Origin: an uncultured Bacteroidota bacterium
GTDB lineage: Bacteria > Bacteroidota > Bacteroidia > Flavobacteriales > UBA7312
DNA length: 64,000 nt
NCBI GenBank assembly: GCA_902580855.1
Contig: CACHMF010000003.1
Span: 1,147 to 65,146, forward strand
Reading direction: 5' to 3'
Shown here: piece after piece, positions 1 through 7,565 of the stretch
Layout of the letters: every line of letters starts with the position of its first letter
Numbering within the stretch: position 1 is the first letter of the stretch
The notes under the pieces: generated by a model
Told to the model about the DNA's origin: nothing
Seen by the model: only the letters and a program-made list of their open reading frames with translations
The model's database searches: none
Position numbers and translations under genes: made by a program

Positions 1-54
1 TTAAAAGTATAATAATCAATCTACTTTTACAAATAACAATCTAATTAGATTCAT

Positions 55-1452
55 TTATTGTTTTGCGTTTAGTGCTTTTGCATAATTGGCATAGAAATGA
101 GGGATGGTTTCAATTCCTTTGAGGTAATTGAATATTCCGTAATGTTCATTTGGAGAGTGAATAGCATCAGAATCTAAACCGAATCCCATTAAAATAGATT
201 TAACGCCTAGTTCAGCTTCAAATAAAGCAACGATAGGGATGCTTCCGCCGCTTCTAACAGGTACAGGAATTTTACCATAAGTTTTTTCCATTGCTTTGCT
301 TGCTGCCTGGTAGGCTGGCATATCGGTTGGAGACACATATGGTTCACCTCCATGATGAGGCATTACTTTTACTTTTACAGATTTTGGAGCAATGCTTTCA
401 AAGAACTCAGTGAATTTTTCTGTAATTTCTTCATCTGATTGGTTAGGAACTAGACGCATTGAAATCTTTGCAAAAGCTTTCGAAGGAATGACTGTTTTAG
501 CACCTTCTCCCGTATATCCTCCCCAAATTCCATTTACATCTAAGGTAGGTCGAATACCTGTTCTTTCCATTGTTGAATACCCTTCTTCTCCATGTATGTC
601 AGATAAATCTAAAGCAGATTTATATCTATCTAAAGAGAATGGAGCTCTAGCTATATCAGCTCTTTCTTTCTGAGAAAGTTCTAGTACATTATCATAAAAT
701 CCAGGTATGATGATGTGATTGTTTTTATCCTTCATCTTCGCAATCATCTCACATAAAATGTTTATTGGGTTTGCTACAGCGCCACCATATAATCCAGAGT
801 GTAGGTCTCTATTTGGACCTGTTACCTCCACTTCTAAATAGCTCAATCCTTTCAATCCTGTAGTAATGGAGGGAGTATCATTTGCAATAATGCCGGTGTC
901 AGAAATTAAGATGGTATCACATTTCAATCTTTCCTTATTTTCTTTTACGAATGCGCCTAAATTATCTGAGCCAACCTCTTCTTCACCTTCAATCATAAAC
1001 TTTACGTTACAAGGAAGGCTGTCTGTTTTCATCATCAATTCAAAGGCTTTTACATGCATATAAAATTGCCCTTTATCATCACATGATCCTCTTGCAAAAA
1101 TGGCTCCTTCAGGGTGGATATCTGTTTTCTTTATAACTGGATCAAACGGACCGCTTGTCCATAATTCTAGCGGATCGGCCGGCTGTACATCATAGTGTCC
1201 ATACACAAGAACGGTGGGCATATTTTTATCTATGATTTTTTCACAGTATACAATTGGATAGCCTGCGGTTTCGCATATTTCAATATTGTCTGCTCCTGCA
1301 TCTTTCATTGCTTTAGCCACTGCTTCAGCACAATTCAAAACATCTGCTTTGTATGCTGGGTCAGCAGAGATGGAAGGAATTTTTAGAAGTTCAATCAATT
1401 CATTGATGAATCTATCTTTATGTTCGTTGATGTAGTTATTGATGTGTTCCAT
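55..1452 (-). CDS. M20 family metallopeptidase (dipeptidase)
   Basis: 465-aa ORF. M20 signature stretches are visible in the translation (YGHYDVQPAD, GRGSCDDKGQ, IEGEEEVGS, HSPNEH). Recognised by eye only. Confidence 0.85.
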   Translation of the reverse strand: MEHINNYINEHKDRFINELIELLKIPSISADPAYKADVLNCAEAVAKAMKDAGADNIEICETAGYPIVYCEKIIDKNMPTVLVYGHYDVQPADPLELWTSGPFDPVIKKTDIHPEGAIFARGSCDDKGQFYMHVKAFELMMKTDSLPCNVKFMIEGEEEVGSDNLGAFVKENKERLKCDTILISDTGIIANDTPSITTGLKGLSYLEVEVTGPNRDLHSGLYGGAVANPINILCEMIAKMKDKNNHIIIPGFYDNVLELSQKERADIARAPFSLDRYKSALDLSDIHGEEGYSTMERTGIRPTLDVNGIWGGYTGEGAKTVIPSKAFAKISMRLVPNQSDEEITEKFTEFFESIAPKSVKVKVMPHHGGEPYVSPTDMPAYQAASKAMEKTYGKIPVPVRSGGSIPIVALFEAELGVKSILMGFGLDSDAIHSPNEHYGIFNYLKGIETIPHFYANYAKALNAKQ

Positions 1453-1454
1453 AA

Positions 1455-2981
1455 TTATTTTGTCAAAATGTTTCCTGTCATTTCTTGTGGGATATCAACT
1501 CCCATAATGTTTAGAATAGTAGGAGCAATATCTCCTAGTTTTCCGTTTTCAATGTTTTTAAAACCTGTATTAATGGCAAAACAAGGAACTAAATTTGTGC
1601 TATGAGCTGTGTTTGGTGTTCCGTCAGGATTGATGGCTAAATCTGCATTTCCATGATCGGCAATGATAAGGAAGGCGTAATCATTTTTTAGTCCAGCTTC
1701 TACTACTTTTTGTGTACAAGTGTCTACTTTTTCCACTGCTTTTATGATGGCATTGTAATCACCTGTATGTCCTACCATATCCGGATTAGCAAAGTTTAAG
1801 CATATAAAATCAGTTGTTCCTTTATCTAATTCTTTAACTATAGTTGAGGTTAATTCAGGAGCGCTCATTTCTGGTTTTAAATCGTATGTAGCTACTTTTG
1901 GCGAGTTCACCATCAGTCTTTTTTCGTTATGAAAGCATGCTTCTCTACCTCCTGAAAAGAAGAAGGTAACATGAGGATATTTTTCAGTTTCTGCAATTCG
2001 AATTTGACTTAGACCATTTTTTGCTACAACTTCTCCCAAAGTATTTTGCAGGTTTTCTTTATCAAATATGACATTCACATTTTTGAAAGTATTGTCATAA
2101 TTGGTCATGGTAGTATAATGAAGATTGAGATTTTGCATCTCAAATTCTGGCATATTCGTTTGTGTTAAAACTGTGGTAATTTCCCTACATCTATCCGTTC
2201 GGAAATTGAAACATATTACAGCATCTTCTTCATTTATTGATCCGATAGGATAGCCATTTTTATCAATATGTGAAATGGGTTTGATGAATTCATCAGTTAC
2301 TCCATTATCATATGATTTTTGAATGCTTTCTACTAAGTTTTGCGATTGTTCTCCACATCCTTTAGTTAATAAATCATAGGCGAGTTTAATACGCTCCCAT
2401 CTTTTGTCTCTGTCCATAGCGTAATACCTTCCGCACACAGAAGCAATTTGTGCTCCATAAAGATTTTCTTCAAGCTCTTGAATAAATCTCAATCCACTTT
2501 TTGGATCACAATCTCTTCCATCTGTAAAAGCGTGTACAAATACTTTTTCAACTCCTGCTTTGTGAGTCAATTCACATAATTTGTATAAATGTATTTGGTG
2601 CGAATGTATTCCTCCATCTGAAACTAAACCAATAAGATGAAGAGCCTTGTTGTTTTCTTTTGCGTAGTTCATTGCTTTTTGCAGGTTCTCTTTTTCAGCA
2701 ATAGAACTGTCTTTGCAAGCCAGGTTGATTTTAGCTAAATCTTGATATACAATTCTTCCAGCACCGATATTAAGATGTCCGACCTCAGAATTTCCCATTT
2801 GACCTTCAGGAAGTCCTACATGTTCTCCAAATGTTATAAGTTCACAATGTGGGTGATTATTATAAAGAGAGTCAATAAAAGGAGTCTTAGCATGATAGAT
2901 AGCATCTGATCTGGTTTTATCTCCATGACCCCAACCATCTAATATGATGAGTGCTGTTTTCTTTCCTTTCATAGATTTCAA
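1455..2981 (-). CDS. gpmI: 2,3-bisphosphoglycerate-independent phosphoglycerate mutase
   Basis: 508-aa ORF of typical iPGM length. N-terminus ALIILDGWGHG, then NSEVGHLNIGAGR and a C-terminal ADHGNA motif. Confidence 0.95.
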   Translation of the reverse strand: MKSMKGKKTALIILDGWGHGDKTRSDAIYHAKTPFIDSLYNNHPHCELITFGEHVGLPEGQMGNSEVGHLNIGAGRIVYQDLAKINLACKDSSIAEKENLQKAMNYAKENNKALHLIGLVSDGGIHSHQIHLYKLCELTHKAGVEKVFVHAFTDGRDCDPKSGLRFIQELEENLYGAQIASVCGRYYAMDRDKRWERIKLAYDLLTKGCGEQSQNLVESIQKSYDNGVTDEFIKPISHIDKNGYPIGSINEEDAVICFNFRTDRCREITTVLTQTNMPEFEMQNLNLHYTTMTNYDNTFKNVNVIFDKENLQNTLGEVVAKNGLSQIRIAETEKYPHVTFFFSGGREACFHNEKRLMVNSPKVATYDLKPEMSAPELTSTIVKELDKGTTDFICLNFANPDMVGHTGDYNAIIKAVEKVDTCTQKVVEAGLKNDYAFLIIADHGNADLAINPDGTPNTAHSTNLVPCFAINTGFKNIENGKLGDIAPTILNIMGVDIPQEMTGNILTK

Positions 2982-3005
2982 TTTAAAATCAAATTAACTA
3001 ATCGT

Positions 3006-3485
3006 TCAAAAAACTGCGTCAAATATTGCCGCCGCTCCAGCTGCAACAAGGAAGCAAGATATAGCTACACCACTGTTTATGAAAATTAAAGATTTCCTAT
3101 AGTCTATGCCAAAAATATATGCTGCTATAGTGCCAATATAGGCTCCTGTAAATGGAACTGGAATCATTACAAAAATCATTAAGCCCCAAACTCCATATTT
3201 TTTGACAAAGTTTTTGGTTTTACCTCTTGCTCTCAATGATAATTTAATAGCACTTTTTTTATACCATTTGTATTTTAATAAGTTTTTGTTTAAAAAATTA
3301 ATACTTCTGTAGAATAATGGAAATACTAATAAATTAGCACTAAGTCCAACAATTAAAGCAATTTCATTTGCTAAACCCGCTTTTATACCCCATGGGATTC
3401 CAAATTTTCCCTCTCCAAAAGGAGAAATACTTATTAAAAATGTTATTAAAATCTTCTCAATCATTTGCTGCAAAATGGTCGGCAA
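3006..3485 (-). CDS. small multidrug-export family membrane protein (COG2426-like)
   Basis: 159-aa hydrophobic ORF with GEGKFGIPWG and PVPFTGAYIGT stretches. The track start is TTG at 3485; an in-frame ATG at 3464 is an alternative start. Confidence 0.6.
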   Translation of the reverse strand: MPTILQQMIEKILITFLISISPFGEGKFGIPWGIKAGLANEIALIVGLSANLLVFPLFYRSINFLNKNLLKYKWYKKSAIKLSLRARGKTKNFVKKYGVWGLMIFVMIPVPFTGAYIGTIAAYIFGIDYRKSLIFINSGVAISCFLVAAGAAAIFDAVF

Positions 3486-3530
3486 AGGTAGTCGATTTAG
3501 AAATTAAAACAGGTGAGAAATCTATTTTTT

Positions 3531-4259
3531 TTAATGTCCTATAGCTTTATGAAAACTATTTCTCATTTGTAAATGAATTGGGTTTTCTTTCCCAAGTCTT
3601 TCAGGATGAAACTGCACAGCAATCATAAATGGATGTAAGGCTTTGTCCATAACAACGGCTTCTGCTAATCCATCATGCGATTTAGCAACAACTTGTAGGC
3701 ATGCGCTAATGTCTTTCAATCCTTGATGATGCCAAGAGTTCACTGTAAATGTATCTTTTCCAAAGGGGAAAATTAGTGAACATGTGTCTATGACAACTAT
3801 TTCGTGCATTACCTCACCTTTGTTTCTGTGTATAACCTCTATTCCGATTTCACTAGGTAAGTCGCCATACAGACTGCCACCAGTTGCAACATTCATCATC
3901 TGCATACCTCTACATACTCCCATTAGTGGGATTTTATGGCGAAATGCAAAATCAAATAATTTTTGCTCAATGCTATCCCTTCTGTGATTTATTGTTTCGC
4001 ATAGAGCTAGGTTACTACTATCGTTATAAAGTAAAGGATTTATATCTTCTCCTCCAGTTAATATTATGCCATCAGCTAAATTTAAAATACTATCTGTATT
4101 ATTGATTGTGTATGCATCCAGAACAATGATGTTTTCACCTTCAATCCACTTAATGTAATTATCTCCAGCTTTTGATAGAATGATAGTTTTATGCTTTACT
4201 TTCTGACATCCGCTTAAAATGACACAAGTGAGAGTAATTGATAAAAAATACCTGAACAT
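3531..4259 (-). CDS. class I glutamine amidotransferase / peptidase C26 (gamma-glutamyl hydrolase-like), predicted lipoprotein
   Basis: 242 aa. Nucleophile-elbow motif GVCRGMQ and His-Glu motif FHPE are present. N-terminus carries a lipobox-like LSGC after a hydrophobic stretch. Confidence 0.8.
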   Translation of the reverse strand: MFRYFLSITLTCVILSGCQKVKHKTIILSKAGDNYIKWIEGENIIVLDAYTINNTDSILNLADGIILTGGEDINPLLYNDSSNLALCETINHRRDSIEQKLFDFAFRHKIPLMGVCRGMQMMNVATGGSLYGDLPSEIGIEVIHRNKGEVMHEIVVIDTCSLIFPFGKDTFTVNSWHHQGLKDISACLQVVAKSHDGLAEAVVMDKALHPFMIAVQFHPERLGKENPIHLQMRNSFHKAIGH

Positions 4260-4350
4260 TTACTTTTATTTAATGTTGTTAAGTTACGAATTACAATCTT
4301 TCAAAAAAATATTTTAATATAATCTTATTTTAATACTAGATATAAAATGC

Positions 4351-4410
4351 TTTTATTTAGAATAATTCAAAATAATTTCATTTTATTTAGAATAATTCAA
4401 AATAACATTG
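4351..4410. repeat. tandem direct repeat, 2 x 30 bp, upstream of the porin operon
   Basis: ttttatttagaataattcaaaataa occurs at 4351-4375 and again at 4381-4405 (25/25 identical, 30-bp period). The second copy ends 1 nt before the TATGTTTG box. Confidence 0.9.
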
Positions 4411-4418
4411 TATGTTTG
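4411..4418 (+). promoter_or_regulatory. Bacteroidota-type -7 promoter box (TAnnTTTG)
   Basis: TATGTTTG lies 51 nt upstream of the ATG at 4469. Motif match only. Confidence 0.45.
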
Positions 4419-4468
4419 CCTCATAATTTTTAATTAATCTAAATAAAAGATAGAAAATCTAAAATAAA

Positions 4469-5626
4469 ATGAAAAATTTCAGCCTTTTTTTATTTGTGAT
4501 TTTTAGTACTATACAATTAACTGCTCAAAATACAGCAGAACGAATTATTGCCAATAATGAAGGTTTACATATTGGTGGTTACGGTCAAATAGATATGAAC
4601 TTACAATCTGATGATAATATACATTATAATTCAAAATTAGATGTTCATCGTTTAGTTACATTTTTAGGCTATAACTTTAATGACAAAGTTTCTTTTGTTT
4701 CTGAAATTGAGTATGAACATGTTGTGGAAGTATATGTTGAGCAAGCTTTTATGAATTATAAAATAAAAAACAATATGAGTCTTCAGGCAGGTTTGATGCT
4801 TATACCAATGGGAATCCAAAATCTTTACCATGAGCCGCCTACTTATAATGGTGTGGAAAGAACAAATGTAGATAAGTACATTGTGCCAACAACATGGAGA
4901 GAAATGGGTGTTGGTCTAACAGGAAGTATGGATGATTATAGCATTAATTATCAAGCTATGTTAGTAAACGGATTTAATGGATATGATGATGGTGGAGTTT
5001 TTAGTGGTAAGAGTGGTTTAAGAAGTGGCCGTCAAAAAGGAGCTGAGTCTTACATGACTATGCCAGATTTTGCAGCTCGTATTGCTTATTATGGAATGCC
5101 AGGTTGGAATATTGGAGCTTCTTTGTATAAAGGTGAATCAGAAACATCTATGTATAATGGTTTAGATTTAAATAATGATGCAGCAGTAACTATTGCCGAT
5201 TCTTCAAAAATTGGAATTCAAATGTTAGGTGTTGATGCTCGTTACAATAATGGACCAATTCAGGCTCGTGCACAATACATTGTTGCTGAGTTAGAAAATA
5301 CAGCTCAGTACAATGCATTTACAGATAAAGACTTAGGATCGGTGATGACAGGATATTACTTAGAGGGTGGCTATAACTTATTAAATGATCGAGATACAGA
5401 TAATGAGTTAATAGCTTTTGCTAGATATGAAAGATATAATACGCATGAGGAAGTGACTGAAGGAACAACTATTAATATGAGTTATGATAGAACAGAGCGT
5501 ACTATTGGTTTAACTTATAAATTAGATCAAGGTGCGGCATTTAAAGCAGATTATCAACTTTTAGGAAATGCAGCCTCTCAAGAAGATAAAAAGATGTTCA
5601 ATTTAGGAGTTGCTGTTTGGTTCTAA
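4469..5626 (+). CDS. porin-like outer-membrane beta-barrel protein
   Basis: 385 aa. Signal peptide ends ...QLTAQ, alternating amphipathic beta-strand-like segments follow, and the C-terminus is aromatic (GVAVWF). The family was not identified precisely. Confidence 0.6.
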   Translation: MKNFSLFLFVIFSTIQLTAQNTAERIIANNEGLHIGGYGQIDMNLQSDDNIHYNSKLDVHRLVTFLGYNFNDKVSFVSEIEYEHVVEVYVEQAFMNYKIKNNMSLQAGLMLIPMGIQNLYHEPPTYNGVERTNVDKYIVPTTWREMGVGLTGSMDDYSINYQAMLVNGFNGYDDGGVFSGKSGLRSGRQKGAESYMTMPDFAARIAYYGMPGWNIGASLYKGESETSMYNGLDLNNDAAVTIADSSKIGIQMLGVDARYNNGPIQARAQYIVAELENTAQYNAFTDKDLGSVMTGYYLEGGYNLLNDRDTDNELIAFARYERYNTHEEVTEGTTINMSYDRTERTIGLTYKLDQGAAFKADYQLLGNAASQEDKKMFNLGVAVWF

Positions 5627-5652
5627 AAACTTCAAAAAATATTAGCTAAAAA

Positions 5653-6165
5653 TTGGTTAAGCAAATAAATAAATTAGAAGTTACAACAATTGCAACAACC
5701 TATAGGTTTGTTGCATTGTTGTGTTTATATTTTTGTTTCGTAACGACTCAAGCTAGGCCTTTTATTCCCTCTGATGTGTCTGTGAAAAAAACTCAGATTA
5801 CGATACAAAAAATGTTTGGCAACGAAATAGAGTTAGAAGTTTTTGAAAATAATTCTAATTTATACTCAATTCTTCAAAACGATTCAGTGATTGCTTACTA
5901 CTGTATTGAAAATGCACCAAGTAAACATGATGAATTTGAATTTCTAGTTGTTTATGATATTTCTTTAAATATACAAAAGGTACAAGTATTAGTTTATAGA
6001 GAAGATTATGGTTTTGAGATTAAAAGTAAACGCTGGCTTCAACAGTTTACTAAAAGAAAGACAGATTCTGTGCAAGCAATTTCAGGTGCAACTATTTCAG
6101 TTAATTCATTAAAATATGCAATTGATCGCTTGAATCAGAAAGTAAAATCTACTTTGCATTTATAG
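5653..6165 (+). CDS. FMN-binding domain protein (extracytoplasmic, flavinylation motif present)
   Basis: 170 aa with a TTG start and an N-terminal hydrophobic segment. C-terminal FMN_bind-like region has DSVQAISGATIS, with SGAT encoded at 6082-6093. Confidence 0.75.
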   Translation: MVKQINKLEVTTIATTYRFVALLCLYFCFVTTQARPFIPSDVSVKKTQITIQKMFGNEIELEVFENNSNLYSILQNDSVIAYYCIENAPSKHDEFEFLVVYDISLNIQKVQVLVYREDYGFEIKSKRWLQQFTKRKTDSVQAISGATISVNSLKYAIDRLNQKVKSTLHL

Positions 6166-6179
6166 TTATCTTTGTATTA

Positions 6180-6662
6180 ATGGATATCCAATTAAGTAAC
6201 TTACCTAAATCGTTAAAAAACACATTAGTGGTTTTTTTAATAGCCCTATCTTTTGGTTATTTATCAGGATTAGATTTGTTAAAAAATACAACAGATTTTA
6301 AAACTAAAGGGATAGAAGAAAATGTATTAGGTAATGAAATAGATGAATATGCAGAGGAATTGCATTTTAAAATGTCAGAAAGGCAGCTGCACGCAATTAT
6401 TCATAGTCACGTAATCACTTTAGGATTGTTGTTTGTTCTACTTTCTTTTATGCTTTTTTTTACTTCTTATAATCAAAGGCTAAAAGCATTTTTGATGATT
6501 GAGCCTATGATTTCTTTAATTACTACCTTTGGTGGTCTGTGGCTTTTGTGGAAAGGTATGATATGGATGAAATATATTATTATGCTTTCAGGGGTTTTGA
6601 TGCATCTTTCATTTATTTTTATAGTTATCTTACTCTTAAAGGAGTTGTTATTTAACAAATAG
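6180..6662 (+). CDS. small integral membrane protein, about 4 TM, His-bearing
   Basis: 160 aa with four hydrophobic segments. HAIIHSH (H71, H75, H77) lies at the start of TM2 and H142 lies in TM4. It sits 14 nt after the FMN-binding ORF. Confidence 0.6.
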   Translation: MDIQLSNLPKSLKNTLVVFLIALSFGYLSGLDLLKNTTDFKTKGIEENVLGNEIDEYAEELHFKMSERQLHAIIHSHVITLGLLFVLLSFMLFFTSYNQRLKAFLMIEPMISLITTFGGLWLLWKGMIWMKYIIMLSGVLMHLSFIFIVILLLKELLFNK

Positions 6663-6668
6663 AAAAAA

Positions 6669-6692
6669 CCCACTCAACTGAGTGGGTTTTTT
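6669..6692. terminator. bidirectional rho-independent terminator
   Basis: A6-CCCACTC-AACT-GAGTGGG-T6, located between the end of the + operon and the 3' end of tRNA-Phe on the - strand. Confidence 0.85.
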
Positions 6693-6696
6693 CTAG

Positions 6697-6769
6697 TGGT
6701 GCTACCAGGAATCGAACCGGGGACACAAGGATTTTCAGTCCTTTGCTCTACCAACTGAGCTATAGCACC
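6697..6769 (-). tRNA. tRNA-Phe (anticodon GAA)
   Basis: The reverse complement reads GGTGCTATAGCTCAGTTGGTAGAGCAAAGGACTGAAAATCCTTGTGTCCCCGGTTCGATTCCTGGTAGCACCA. It folds as a cloverleaf with a 7-bp acceptor stem and anticodon loop CTGAAAA. CCA is not encoded. Confidence 0.95.
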
Positions 6770-6779
6770 AGTAGGGCTG

Positions 6780-6787
6780 CAAATGTA
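6780..6787 (-). promoter_or_regulatory. -7 promoter box for tRNA-Phe
   Basis: TACATTTG on the - strand, followed by CAGCCC, ends 10 nt upstream of the mature tRNA 5' end. Confidence 0.55.
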
Positions 6788-6834
6788 AATAAAAATTCTA
6801 TTTGCAAAAATAAATCAACTCCTTTTCCTTTTCT

Positions 6835-6842
6835 TATTTTTG
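6835..6842 (+). promoter_or_regulatory. -7 promoter box upstream of coaX
   Basis: TATTTTTG ends 15 nt upstream of the ATG at 6858. Motif match only. Confidence 0.4.
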
Positions 6843-6857
6843 TAGTTAATAGAAGAG

Positions 6858-7565
6858 ATGTTAAAACTCATTATTGATCAGGGTAATACCCAAACGAAAC
6901 TCGCCCTTTTTCAGCAAAAAAAAATGTTGAAGAAAATCTTATTCAATAATGACAGCCAGTTGCGTGAGCTTGAAAATCAAGCGGATGCTGTTATTCTTTC
7001 GTCTGTAGGAGATGCCAGCGATTTAATACAAGTTTTAAAAGATGAACCTGTTTTGTTAAATACAAAAACCTCATTACCTATTGCTAATTTGTACGAATCT
7101 CCAGAGACTTTAGGCAATGATCGCATTGCTGTTGTTGTGGGTGCTGCTAAACAAATTCCTAAATCTAACGTGTTGGTAATTGATGCAGGTACATGTATTA
7201 CATTAGATTTATTAACGACAGAAGGATATCATGGAGGTAGTATTACTCCTGGCATTCAAATGCGTTTGCAAGCATTAAATCAACAAACAGAAAAATTGCC
7301 CTTAGTAGAGTTGGATGTGGAAGTTGATTTAATTGGAAAAAACACTAAACAGTGCATACAATCTGGAGTGATAAATGGCGTTTTATTAGAAATTGACGGA
7401 ATGATAAATCGTTACAAAAGCCAATTTTCAGATTTGAAAGTAATACTAACAGGAGGAGATTTTCAATTGTTTGATAAGGGATTAAAAAATAGCATCTTTG
7501 CAGATCCGGATTTAGTGCTGAAAGGATTGAATGAAATTTTAGATTACAATGAAGCAATTAGTTAA
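6858..7565 (+). CDS. coaX: type III pantothenate kinase
   Basis: 235 aa. N-terminal IIDQGNTQTK (ASKHA phosphate-1 motif), then VIDAGTCITLD and ILTGGD. Confidence 0.9.
   Translation: MLKLIIDQGNTQTKLALFQQKKMLKKILFNNDSQLRELENQADAVILSSVGDASDLIQVLKDEPVLLNTKTSLPIANLYESPETLGNDRIAVVVGAAKQIPKSNVLVIDAGTCITLDLLTTEGYHGGSITPGIQMRLQALNQQTEKLPLVELDVEVDLIGKNTKQCIQSGVINGVLLEIDGMINRYKSQFSDLKVILTGGDFQLFDKGLKNSIFADPDLVLKGLNEILDYNEAIS

Noticed and set aside
4351-4410. Possibility that the 30-bp tandem repeat is a minimal CRISPR array
   Set aside because: There are only two copies, directly adjacent with no spacer. There are no cas genes in the window, and the repeat abuts a promoter box. It is far more consistent with a regulatory site.
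6697-6769. tRNA-Phe as an integration hotspot for a genomic island
   Set aside because: There is no integrase, no direct repeat of the tRNA 3' end and no atypical gene content on either side. The flanking genes are an intact operon with its own terminator on one side and coaX on the other.
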